Part shown: positions 39,891-51,090 of the stretch, piece after piece
How positions within the stretch are numbered: the first letter of the stretch is position 1
Layout: each line of letters opens with the position of its first letter
Origin: Lingula anatina
Taxonomy: Eukaryota; Animalia; Brachiopoda
Direction: 5' to 3'
Length of the DNA stretch: 64,000 nucleotides
Assembly (NCBI GenBank): GCA_051362555.1
Contig: CM120648.1
Location: 163,721 to 227,720 of the forward strand
The notes under the pieces: model-generated
The model's input: only the letters and a program-made list of their open reading frames with translations
The model's database searches: none
What the model was told of the DNA's origin: nothing
Position numbers and translations under genes: made by a program

Positions 39891-42410
39891 TCAGGCGTAT
39901 GTCGCACATGAGGGGCAACTGATCAAAATCAAGACAATGGACATCATCATGGCGGCCAGTTTGGGCCTAACATCAACACCGCTGGAAACCTGGCCAGCAG
40001 AGATGGCGCTGTTTTTAACGGCAACTACTCTGGTAGGAGCCCCACTTCCGTCCTTGTGCAGCATGTGAAACACAAAGGCCGTCGTTCCGGTATTCGGCAA
40101 CTTGTCAAGATTGGCTACATTCTGTAACACGAGTTTCTTCGCGCCAAGAAAGGCCACGTGCGATGGAAATGACGTCGTTTGACCCGCGTCGATGCTGGCG
40201 GTGTCAATTCCCACACCGATGAATTTTCGGTTGTTCACTAACCAATCTGCTGCCTCTCCTGAGAAGCCAGGGAAGTGCAAAAAGGACTCCCCCTTATCAT
40301 TTACGCGATGTGACCGGTTCTTAGAGCCGAGGTATTTTTCGAAATCGTTGACAAATTTCCCCCAGCCAGTGTGAAGAAACACCATGGCGTTGTCAGGTAT
40401 TCGGCCATTTTTCTTCTCCCAGTCTTCCAAGTCCTGGACGGTAAGGACAGCGTCCGAGTTATTTTCAGCTTTTTTGGACATGTCCACTCTGACGGCGGGA
40501 CCGATGAGAGTGTGCGCAGGAATATCATGGGTTCGCCATGAACCTTTAATGAAGTGCGCAGGCGCGTCAAGATGTGTCCCTGCATGTTCTGATCCACAAA
40601 AGCTGTTCGTTTCAATCCTGAAAACATCGATATGCTTGTTACTGACAAGTCTAGAACTAAATTTCATAAAGATTTATGCTCATTATATAACAATATATAC
40701 TAATAAAAGAAAATATTTTAACCAACAACCACCTAGCTTACTAAACCAACTGAATATATAGTGATGATGTTTTAAAACAACCTTTGTAAATATCTGTCTG
40801 TAAACTAGTATTTCAATTTTTGGTACATTAGTTTATACAAATAAGGCTAGGTCACAGTCATTGTGAAGAATGTATTTCTACCCGATTAGAAAAATAAATA
40901 TATCTATATAGTGATATACTGGCACTTAATTAAAGCTGAATATAGGTTACTTATATTCGTGCAATTATTTGAAATTAATTTGTGATAAGTAGGAATAGTA
41001 ACTTGCTGATTACAAACTGCAAATGTGCCCATCGAAATATCAAAACCATTTGTTTCTTCTTATCGTCCATTTTCAAGATGCTTTTAATGGAAATACGGGA
41101 TAAGAATACATTTTTGTCTTTTTAATATTTCTACATTTTTTGTCTTTATAATAATATATCTACAATTTTTCAATGGTAATATTAGATCACTTGAGGGAGG
41201 TATATTTTCATTACTCACCATATTGTATTGTTACCAATAAGGGTTAATCCGTGGACAAGGAAAAACAACCGAAAAGGTGTCCTTCCTGGCCACATAACCG
41301 TGTCATTAGACAGAGGGTAGGACAGGTCAATGACGTCATCGGCTCCCGGTCTGATCCGAGCTTTTTTAAATGCCATAAGCCGCAAGGGGGCACCACCACC
41401 GTCTTTGATATTAAGCGGAAGTGCTGCGACGGTGTCCCCCGTTGTTGCTAACTTATCTAAATTTGCGACGCTTTCGAGGATAAAAATGTTCTTTTTGAAG
41501 AGAGGAACGTGGGCCATCATAGTTTTACTGGGGCCTATTGAGGGCCCGTCTGTGGCCACTCCCCAAATCTTTCTGTTTGAGGAAATCCATTTGGCGGCAT
41601 CTTCGGAAAGAGCGGGAAAATGCGGCAGCGGGTTTCCATTGGCGTCCAACCAGCTGTCGGTGCCCTCGTAACCATAGTACGCCGTGCGATTATCATGGTG
41701 CTTTCCCCAACCGGTGTAGATAAACAGTATAGAGTTGTCAGGAATGGGGCCGTTTTCCTTTTCCCACTTTTGCACGTCCTCTACTTGCAGGTTGTATTCA
41801 TTATTCTGGGCTGTTTGAGAAGAAATATCAATGCGAACTGTAGGGCCAAAGAACCTGTGAGGTGGAATCTGATGCACTCGCCACTTGCCTTTGCTGTAAT
41901 GCGCAGGCGCGTCCATGTGGGTACATTGGTGTTCTTGTCCACATATATCATTGTCTTCGTACCTGAAAAAATGTGATAAACTGAGGATTTACTTCGAACT
42001 TTTTGTATTGCAGTTTCCTACAGTACAATTAAGAAACAACAGTTACTGCATTAAACTTCCTAAATCTTTTCTTGTCATAAAATAATCGAATGATTTCCAG
42101 CGGTTAAGTACAAGGGTTGGAAGAAATGGTACATACAGGTAACTGGAACTGAGATAAATTAATATAGCTTTTTATGAACTAATACATAAACATGATGCGT
42201 TTTTCTTACCTTGCCGTAAGTGCCCCTTAAAATATTTTATGATATAACTGATATAAATAACTGGTACACCGTTAATTTTTTGCACGACGGGTTTAATATT
42301 AATGAATACTTTTAGAATTCATATAGGCCTACTTTGCAGTGAATGATGATCGAGGACTTTGTCAATACAGTTGTTTTCATTATGAAGTTATTGGTTACGT
42401 TGTCTGTTAC

Positions 42411-42452
<42 letters not shown>

Positions 42453-42901
42453 CTTAATTGAGATATTGCAACCACGAGGGTTGAAGTTATACATATATTC
42501 ACTTAATTCACAATTCAAAGGAAGCCCGGTCATTTTGGGCCTGTTGCACACTTTAAGTTGTCGCTCTCGCGTCCTAAATGGAATAATTACATGTATGCGT
42601 TAACGCATGGTTCCTCTACTAGTATTAACAAGATATTGGTACTTAGAATAATCACACCCCCCCCAGATGTAAAAGGACACTGAAACGTTTACGATTTGTA
42701 GATAACTCACCACCCAGATCCGAAATTAACTGGCCCTCTTGAAACCCGAGTGAACTTTAACCCAGGCAGTCCTGGCCAATACAGTGAATCTGGAGACACG
42801 AGGTACGTCATGTCTATGATATCATCAGCCGCGGGGCTCAACTGGGCATGCGCGTGCATGACGGAGAGCGCCACAACGACTGCTAATTTGGAAACTTCCA
42901 T
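39891..42901 (-). CDS. Two-domain cyclase-family metallohydrolase; copy 3, with active-site variants
   Basis: Exons 42901-42711, 41962-41219 and 40617-39891 (191/744/727 nt). Motifs EHQCTHMDAPAH and EHAGTHLDAPAH; domain 2 has LQNVANL where the paralogs have LENVANL. Confidence 0.92.
42411..42452. repeat. (AAT)n microsatellite
   Basis: Seen directly. Confidence 0.95.
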
Positions 42902-45042
42902 GGTTTCTGAAAAATAGAGAATGAAACCTTTTGGGTGTTTAAAATTACAAAATCTTTACCGAATATATTTACTGTTTTGCCTAACACAATGCAGGTGTAC
43001 ATCCCCTTAATCTATATGAATTGCTTCTCTTGGCATGTTTCACACCTGCCATTCACGAACTATTGCAATGTTATTTCTGTTTGTCGACAAAATTATAATT
43101 GCAAAAACTACAGTTGGAAGGCAGCAGGCCGAAATTTGGTCTCATTTGAACCCTAGCCATATCTCAAACTGCCGTTTGTAAAGCAAGGTCCACTTTTTGG
43201 GTCTCATCTGTGAGTAATCATAACGATTTATCCCGGGTCAATGTATAATCAAATATTCGCCAATATAGCAAGGACATACTATGTGCACACCCTTGCGTCA
43301 TGCTCGGTTACCGGAAACATCTTACTATAAGACGACATAAGCGGGAATAAAAAAATACTCCCCCTACCAAAAAAAGTGTCACCCGTAACCCAATGCAAAA
43401 ACTGATACAAAAAATCATGTCATAAAACAAATTTCTTTATTCAACTTCTAAAGGGAATCGACAGAATTCCTTAGGTTTTCTCTCCAGTCCTTGGATGCAA
43501 TGGTCTGTGTTAAGGTTCCGGTTGACCACTGCCAGCTCGACTACACCATAGTAGCCAATACAGCCCATACAGGACTTACAGTATGTGGGCTGCATCCTGT
43601 CGGCCAGAGTCAGAAAACTGAGAATTTATTTTTACCAGCTGTTCGCTAGATAGGTAAATGTTCTACCACTCACATCCCCAATTTACATGATGATCGATGG
43701 CCTTGTTGTTATGTTATGGTAAAATTAGCATAATGGGTAACCTTGTAGCAATGTACATAATTGCGGTAGCGGTGACACTTTATTGAAGTGGTAGTACACA
43801 TGACGTTTGCAGTTGATTTACAATTTTCATCACTGTAAAACTTACGATATCAGTATATTTAACAAGAATCTTTCAGTAAAAGTATTTGATATGCACAGTT
43901 ACTCCGTGCACACATTATTTTGAGTTTACTTCTTGCCTTTACACTGTTTACATTTAAAAAAAAAAGATAAAAAGTTGGGACTTACCTAACAATCAAGGCA
44001 CTTCTGTTTAACCTTGGTAGTAACCTTGAAAGTATTCGCAATCCAAAAAGAAGGTCCAAAGCCTTCTTAACTAAGATTTATGATTGCTATTTTATCGTTC
44101 TCGAATCGCTGAGAAAATTGTCTTCGATGGGCAAAACTTGTCGGTGTAGCCTCGACGTTATCAATAACGATTAGCAACGTTACCTGCCACAGGTGAAATG
44201 AACCTAAGTTGCCATTAAGAACTCTCCCTGCTCTCGAGTTGAGAAAGAAAACAAACCATTTACATAATTATTCATGGAAATGTCTGGCGTGACATGTTAA
44301 AGGCACATTATACTTGCATATCATTTTGTTCCATATTTCTTCTTTTAAATAATCCCATAGGTAAACCTACCCACTACAATAGTTGGTTGTGGGCCGCAAA
44401 GAATCATGCTGGATATTGTCTAGCATGTTTTTATTTCTTTATTTTCTTTATTTTTCAAAATCAATTTAAGCAAACAACTGGGGAATTGCGGGCCTCATAA
44501 ACGATAATTGCCGTTTACTAAAACTGCCCGCAGATCTTTTAGCACCAACGCCCATATTAACCACCAAGCCCACGAATTAATGAGCACATCGTGAAGTATT
44601 TAGCACCAACGCCCATATAAACCACCAAAGCTTTATTTGTTGTAACACCATGTTTTCCCTCCAAAATAATGATATCTACAAAGTCTTGGCAGGCTAGCAG
44701 TGTCAATCAGATGAAGATATTGCATTTGGTTGAAATTATCATTTTCAAAACTGTCTACTTACAATTGTAAAATGATTTATATTTTTTGCCTTTAACTTTT
44801 AAATAATTTTTATCACAGCTTTAATTTTGTTGATCTTTGTCTATGGAAACTGTAAATCAAGGTGCATGCACCTCCTTGGTTTACTTGACATCACTCGTAT
44901 TAAATCATATCAAACAAAACAGGTACGCAGTTCCGAAATGTACAGTGGAATCATCGTTACTTGTTTCAAACGTTATCAGAATTGCAAATATCAAAATTGA
45001 CGTCGCATTTATGCTAAATTAATCACCACAGTGTTAATTTCA

Positions 45043-47967
45043 TTATATCTTTAATGTATGAAGCTCGAATTTGCTATGTCGCCAAAAGTGTCCCGTTTTT
45101 GTAATAGCTAATCGCGTGAGTACACGTTTCCATTTGTCTAACAGCTGCTCCTTAAGATACGTATTGTACGTCATCATTTCTCTGCTCGTTTCAGCGAGAT
45201 CGACTCTTTCTAATTTCTCTACAAGATCATCTAGAGATTCAAAAAGTATCACATAAGGCCACTGGTAATAATCCGCATATTGCAACCAGTGGCGAAGCGC
45301 CACGTCATAAGTGTCGTCATTTGGATCAGGAACATCCATAACACCAGGAATGGCTGACGCTTTTGCGGAACTACCCTCTTGTCCTGCTAACGTCCGCTGC
45401 TTTAGCAGCTGATATTTCAGATGCCATTTAATGAGTAAATCAAGGGATGGAAAAAACAATGGAATGTTCATTCGATATTGCTCAGTCTGGTACATGGAGG
45501 TCACATCGAACGGAATGTGTATGATTCCTTTGTATTCTGATATTCTCCTGTGAGAGCCCGCCTTGAATAGACTGCTATACGGCATATACTCTATTTCTAC
45601 GTTGACTTTCGTCTTATTCATTTCAAAATTAAGTTCTTGTCTGAAAAACGACCGGAATTCATCGCTGAGTATCGGACCCAAGAGAAACTGATTTTTCTTT
45701 GGGTTATATTTGTATTTGAGGTACGCGCAACTAGGTTCAAGCAGAAGAGCCTCTGTCCCAAGAAAATATTTCATATATTCTACGTCATATTTACTTGTGG
45801 CAGCGATGACGTTAGTGGGGTCATTAGCCAAGGTCAATAAACGCTTGTTCCACTGCCGCCATCTAATCGGCGAGGTTCGACCTTTTTCGTACCTCGTCGA
45901 CGTCATGATAAGAAGACTTTTATTAAATTTCACGAATGCCTCACATACGGAGACCGGATCAGTGCAAACGAAGGCATCCACCTGAGTGAAAAGGTAGTCT
46001 TCTTTATACGCTTGGAAAAAACGTTCAGCATCCTCAGCGCTCAGATCTACGGTATTATTCCGGTTTAGAACTTTCAAACTACTGGCACACGATTTGAAGG
46101 CACCGCAGTTTTCAGATAGGCTGTTGTCTACAAATTTCACCCCAAAAGGTCGCAATGTGTTTTTGACGTCATACACTGGCGCTATAGACATCCCCAGGCT
46201 GTAGAACAGCATTGAATACCGAGTGTCGTTGACACATTTCTTCTGTACTGCCATACGCTGCAGCTTCACAAGTTCATCTGGGTACAGAGGTTCACCGTAG
46301 GGTGCCACGTGCTCCCCTATGTAATCATAATGTGTGCGTTCTAACGGGGCAGGTGCGGAGTTAGGGTACTTCTCGCACGCGACACTGTCGTGACACAAAG
46401 TGTTGGACTTAATCAGCGGCCAGACACGTTCGTTCAGAAACGCGTTAAGGTCTTTATATCCGGATATGGATTCTCGTATGGAGTTTCTTAGGGTTTTCTG
46501 CAAGTCGACAGCTTTACCACCGAATAAATTCCCCATCAAAGCAAAGCGCCCGTGATTAGGGTGGTCCCGGATGCAGTAAAATGGTTCTTTCGAAGTCATC
46601 CAGTGCTCCAGAAAAATGGCTTCTCTGTCCGTGGGTCGGGTTGTGACGTCTCGTAATAAAAATTTACTAATATTTGGATCGTCTGCCACCAGGAACTTCC
46701 AAAATGCTGCTGGGATGTCGCGCGCGTCGTCACGACTGACGATAGAAATTTGTGCACCTAGGCGACGCAAGATTTTTAAAATTAACGACGGCACTGCTGG
46801 GTATTTTGTAGAGTTTTCACCTCCCGAACTATCTTCTACGTAAAAACGGAGTTTCCATTTGGGGAATATAACGGGAGCTAGCTGAGCGATTCTAATGGCA
46901 CCATAAGTGTACGTTAAGTTAGCACCATATAGGGTATAAGCAATTACATGCCGAGTATCGGTATTTCTGCTTAAAGACGCCTTCTGTTTTGCCTCCAACC
47001 ATCTTGCCAGGTACGCCTTCCCTTTGCTTTCCTCTTCTCTAAAATACTGTTCCCGGCTAAAGTCCACGTCATATCTGCTTTTGAAGCCCTGAACATGTTC
47101 CACTTGAACGGAGGGAAGTTTTGCAAAGCGCGACGGTGAATAGACATCAGAAATCCATTGGTCCGCCCACCATGTGGTGAAAATCCGCGGATAGTATACC
47201 CCATAAATATCCATGTGAGTCCTGTGGACGAAATCGTATGTCAATATCTCTTCATTGCCTCCTTTGTGTTGGGGACCCACTACACCGACGTTAGGGGGTT
47301 GAAAGTTAGCCAGTTTGCTTATAAAGGCCTCGGTCCAACCAGATGTCGTAAAACGGGTGTCGTCATTGATACGGTAGAAATACGGCATGTCTTCTAAGTA
47401 TGCCACCAACATGGCGTCGGCTTGTGCCCAAGACGGTTTAGAACCATATGGGACTTCTATTATATGGAGGGAAACTGCGATTTTATATGAGCAGTAGGCG
47501 GTCAGGACGCTGGCAAACGCCTGCTGGAAGACTAAATGAGCATCCATCATGTTAAAGAACGGGTCATTATTATCATGAGCAATGAAGAATGTGTAGTTGA
47601 AACCGATGCTGGCTGTTTTACAAAACGTTGGTAACATCTGTTCAAATAGAGGCAATCGCTCTTTTATGTTATTCTCATCAAGACCAAAGATCCTACGGGT
47701 AGTAACAGCGCAACCAATGGCAATACGCCTGTCTTCTTCGTAAAGATCCGATGACGTCAGTTGACGTCCAGTATGCTGGTGACGCCACGAAACAACTTCT
47801 GCCCAATTGGAGTCCGCGTGAACAGCCGATGTGGCTTGCTGGCGCATTAGCTCCTTTTGAATCAACAGGATAATTGTAGCCACGACCAGTATAACGACGA
47901 TGGTATCTCGTCTGGGATTGCGCCATTTTAAGACATGGAGGAGACTGCTTGCCTTGCCCCGTTTCAT
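45043..47967 (-). CDS. Type II membrane, three-module glycosyltransferase-like protein, single coding exon, ~974 aa
   Basis: Uninterrupted 2.9-kb ORF; the first ATG (MKRGK) lies just after a splice acceptor at 47974-47975. N-terminal TM segment TIVVILVVATIILLI. Module 1 is GT-A-like (YFYRINDD, VGVVGP, DFVHRTH), module 2 has FWKFLVADDP...RD...RE...IRDHPNH, and module 3 is GT-B-like (STRYE, EQYRMNIPLFFPS). Confidence 0.8.
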   Translation of the reverse strand: MKRGKASSLLHVLKWRNPRRDTIVVILVVATIILLIQKELMRQQATSAVHADSNWAEVVSWRHQHTGRQLTSSDLYEEDRRIAIGCAVTTRRIFGLDENNIKERLPLFEQMLPTFCKTASIGFNYTFFIAHDNNDPFFNMMDAHLVFQQAFASVLTAYCSYKIAVSLHIIEVPYGSKPSWAQADAMLVAYLEDMPYFYRINDDTRFTTSGWTEAFISKLANFQPPNVGVVGPQHKGGNEEILTYDFVHRTHMDIYGVYYPRIFTTWWADQWISDVYSPSRFAKLPSVQVEHVQGFKSRYDVDFSREQYFREEESKGKAYLARWLEAKQKASLSRNTDTRHVIAYTLYGANLTYTYGAIRIAQLAPVIFPKWKLRFYVEDSSGGENSTKYPAVPSLILKILRRLGAQISIVSRDDARDIPAAFWKFLVADDPNISKFLLRDVTTRPTDREAIFLEHWMTSKEPFYCIRDHPNHGRFALMGNLFGGKAVDLQKTLRNSIRESISGYKDLNAFLNERVWPLIKSNTLCHDSVACEKYPNSAPAPLERTHYDYIGEHVAPYGEPLYPDELVKLQRMAVQKKCVNDTRYSMLFYSLGMSIAPVYDVKNTLRPFGVKFVDNSLSENCGAFKSCASSLKVLNRNNTVDLSAEDAERFFQAYKEDYLFTQVDAFVCTDPVSVCEAFVKFNKSLLIMTSTRYEKGRTSPIRWRQWNKRLLTLANDPTNVIAATSKYDVEYMKYFLGTEALLLEPSCAYLKYKYNPKKNQFLLGPILSDEFRSFFRQELNFEMNKTKVNVEIEYMPYSSLFKAGSHRRISEYKGIIHIPFDVTSMYQTEQYRMNIPLFFPSLDLLIKWHLKYQLLKQRTLAGQEGSSAKASAIPGVMDVPDPNDDTYDVALRHWLQYADYYQWPYVILFESLDDLVEKLERVDLAETSREMMTYNTYLKEQLLDKWKRVLTRLAITKTGHFWRHSKFELHTLKI

Positions 47968-48062
47968 GCTGACCTGAAATGATGTCAGTTGAATATCATA
48001 CAGAGCTTTGATATGTAAGGGACCGATCACAATTTATTTTATCGACCTAACTAACGCACATT

Positions 48063-48180
48063 AACTCCGAGAGGACTGTTGCTGAATGCAGTCAGATAAA
48101 CAGAATAACACGCCCCCTCCTGGCGTATAGGCGTGTTAATCTGTTAATTTGATTGCTCTCAGTGAGAGTTCCGTGGAGTA
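48063..48180. mobile_element. Short palindromic element; empty form of the 12748-13498 element
   Basis: Arm aactcc..ggactgttgctgaatgcagtcagataaacagaataacacgcc, a ~15-nt loop, then the inverted arm ggcgtgttaatctgttaatttgattgctctcagtgagagttccgtggagt. Confidence 0.7.
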
Positions 48181-48491
48181 AGTGCGCACTAGCTACGTCG
48201 ATCAAACTCATTGTTAACGGCCCCTTAGACAGGGGACTTGGATAGTGAGATAATCAGATAGAAAAACACTAAAATCTTCGACGTCGGAAACTTTCGGACT
48301 GTTTCTAACGACGTCACATTAATTTGAGTCTACATTAAATTGTAGTGCCATTACCCGTAACAACCGTGCCCTGAACAGTGTAGGCTTAACTTCAATCTGC
48401 GTGTAGTTAAGAATCTGCCCTATGTATAAATTCTAAAGATAAATAACCTACAATCAAGACGACAAACATAGGTATAGGGACTAAATTTCTC

Positions 48492-48610
48492 GCAGAACTT
48501 CGTTAATAAATTTAAAGGACGGCGGTCACCCGTATTTGACAAGAATCTTGCAGAACTTCGTTAATAATTTAAAGGATGGCGGTCACCCGTATTTGACAAG
48601 AATCTTGCAG
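48492..48610. repeat. ~58-bp tandem duplication
   Basis: gcagaacttcgttaata..tttaaagga.ggcggtcacccgtatttgacaagaatctt occurs twice in a row. Confidence 0.85.
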
Positions 48611-49661
48611 TTAAGTAGGGCATAGTTTTTTATTACAATATTAGCACCAGTAATTTCACTGTGAACTGATGTGCAAACCTATATGACTATTGTTATTTTA
48701 TAGGTAGAGATGGTCATGGGTTCCCTGAATAGAATGTACACACTCAAGATGCTCCGAGAAACCTGAGACCATTTATAATGAGTTTTGTATCGATATAAGG
48801 CACATCAGTGGGCAGCGTAAATGTTTCAAGTCAACGGGCATATTTCAGATATGCAGGTTCTGGTAAATATCAGTGCTTTTGTCAATAACAATGTGAAGAT
48901 GTGTGGGAAAAGATTATATATTTACTGTTCCCCCTCAGATATTCCATCCCCATTTCTGCCAAATATTCTGGGTGGGTGGGTGGGTGGGGGGGGGGGGGGT
49001 AGTCGTAATCTTAATACCCATTAAATATGCAGATGAAATAATATGTTAAGAGTAAGTGGGTCTTGTGACAGGAATGACAGTCCTAAGAACGGAAGTCTGG
49101 GCTCCCATTTAATAAGTAGCCTAAAGGTTAGGTTTAGTCGGAGTATTGGGGTTAGTAAGTGGGACGAATGTAGCCTGTACAAAGTAATGGGGAAAGAACA
49201 ACCGTTCCTAGCGGACTACCTTTCCTTTCACAGGCCTAAATAAATCGGGTCTTTTACCATTTAAGCCTATTCCACATTGCTCTTGACAAAAAAGTTTATA
49301 CCAGTAGGCCTACATGGTTATGAAAACACAAAATATTAAACTATAAAACATACTGTATAGATGTACATGACAGGCCACTTCTTCACAGAACTAATTACAT
49401 GCACGGTGTGCCGCGTGACAGTTCTAATTATGATTCACTGTGTGTGTGTTTAATAGTCGTTGCTTTCAGCCTAACCAGAATGTAATTACATCGAGAATGA
49501 ATTGGGCCTACCATATTGTACTGCAATGGTAAAACAAAAAATGGTAATATAAATATTGGGAGTGTAAGAAGTAAATTTTAAGTGTATGATAACCATTCAG
49601 TAAAATGGCGAAGAGGAAATTGAGATCAAGCCCCCCCCCCCACAACACACATATAACAGCA

Positions 49662-49683
49662 ACACACACACACACACAACAGC

Positions 49684-49713
<30 letters not shown>
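49662..49713. repeat. Interrupted (CA)n microsatellite
   Basis: Seen directly. Confidence 0.95.
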
Positions 49714-49715
<2 letters not shown>

Positions 49716-50298
49716 AGATTCGAGTTATTTTGTAGGTCCTACAAGAGAAACACAAAGAGCATGATTTAGTTTATGGCATCGAGAATCTGCAGAGGTTTAT
49801 CTACAGCTACTCAGGCGAGTGCGTTCGAGGCAAGGGAAGTACCTTTCCGTTTAAAGCATGTTAATCTTACGGCTACCTGCACACGTCATTTATCTTTGTA
49901 TCAATGGATACCTGTAACTCACATTCATGCTTTGGCATTCCTTCCAGGTGAAACTATAAAGGAACGCATACTTATTAGGTACAGTTAACCATACTGTGCC
50001 CCTCTTGAGGCTAGCCTTTGTTTACTGTCTTAGTATCATCTCATCGTCAGCAGCCTAGTTCGTAGACCTAAACGAATTTCACCTGAGCATAAAAATGGCG
50101 ACCTGACCTAGTTCTAAATTTAACTTTGACCTAGTTTTTAGAAGTGGTCGCCCTTGTTGCAGGTATATAAACCGTGGGGCTGTTACTACAGAGTGTAGGA
50201 AATAATAAGATATATAACGGCGTTCTCGTGTATTTTGCTTACGTTTTTTGTTCATTTCCCGTTCAAGGAGGAAAAATACAGAAAATGGAAAAGTGTAA

Positions 50299-50405
50299 CG
50301 ACTCCGGTGGGACTCGAACCCACAGCCTCCGAATACCTTTTATATATATTATATATATATATAACCACTAGAAGTCCGACGCGCTATCCATTGCGCCACG
50401 GAGCC
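50299..50405 (-). tRNA. tRNA-Arg (anticodon TCT) with a 34-nt intron (50335-50368)
   Basis: GGCTCCGTGGCGCAATGGATAGCGCGTCGGACTTCTA-[intron]-ATTCGGAGGCTGTGGGTTCGAGTCCCACCGGAGTCG gives a 73-nt mature cloverleaf with A and B boxes, an intron at canonical 37/38 and a TTTT terminator ~7 nt downstream. Confidence 0.95.
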
Positions 50406-50689
50406 ATTTCTGACGAAAGTCGCTGATTTTTTCATGTCATTCGACATCGCATACACCAAACATTATTTTTCTCAATTAGAATACAATAATAATGATAAAA
50501 ACGAGCCACAGCATATCCCTGCACTTCCCCCACATCGTCAAGAGCACCTCATCCCTAGGGACCCATCCCATATTAACATATACATATTATATATATCAAG
50601 AATATTCATATTGAACATCATACATAATTATAATAGTAATATATTCAGTAGGCCTATATTATATGTCTTCATCCCAACTCTTATAATCT

Positions 50690-51090
50690 AGGGGGGACTC
50701 AAAGAAAATAAAAAGTGAAATCATTTAGAATCAACCACCCCCAATGTAGGCCTACAGCCCAACCCGTCAACCCCCTGTCTCAATAGTAGGCCTAGCCCAT
50801 TCTGAAATGTCCATGCACATTCCTGACGACGGATCTACCAATCACCACAGCGTCAACTGCCTAATGGTCTAGGAGGAGAAAGCAGAAATTTCAATATGAA
50901 AAGAATTTAGAATCAACCACCCCCAGGGACAGCCCAACCCCTTGTCGCACTAATATTCTGAAATACCCATGCACATCCTTGACTACGGGTCTACCAATCA
51001 CCAAAGTTTTAACTTCCTAACTCCAGTACTTTAGGAGGAGATAGCGGAAATTACTAAAGCAGAGTCGCACAAACGGGCGGTATCACATAA
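50690..51090 (+). repeat. Degenerate two-unit repeat, probably a non-autonomous element related to 3835-5260
   Basis: Two copies of atttagaatcaaccacccc...cagcccaaccc...ccatgcacat...tctaccaatcacca...taggaggaga. The taggaggaga.agcg motif is shared with ~5082. Confidence 0.55.

Noticed and set aside
26968-41976. Plus-strand ORFs recurring opposite the cyclase exons (e.g. MTSS..., MALSGIRPF...)
   Set aside because: Antisense shadows of conserved coding exons; they recur only because the sense genes are paralogous.
26602-42901. Bacterial contamination or recent horizontal transfer of kynB-like genes
   Set aside because: Conserved spliceosomal introns, signal peptides and a continuous animal gene context.
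47968-48030. First 21 residues of the 995-aa ORF
   Set aside because: The start is non-ATG and lies upstream of a splice acceptor at 47974-47975; the ATG at 47967 is preferred.
29582-49714. ORFs with YI, poly-Ile or CV runs (29582, 42312/42343, 49508)
   Set aside because: Translations of (TA)n, (AAT)n and (CA)n microsatellites.
50299-50405. tRNA-derived SINE
   Set aside because: Complete cloverleaf with canonical intron and immediate Pol III terminator; no SINE body or tail.
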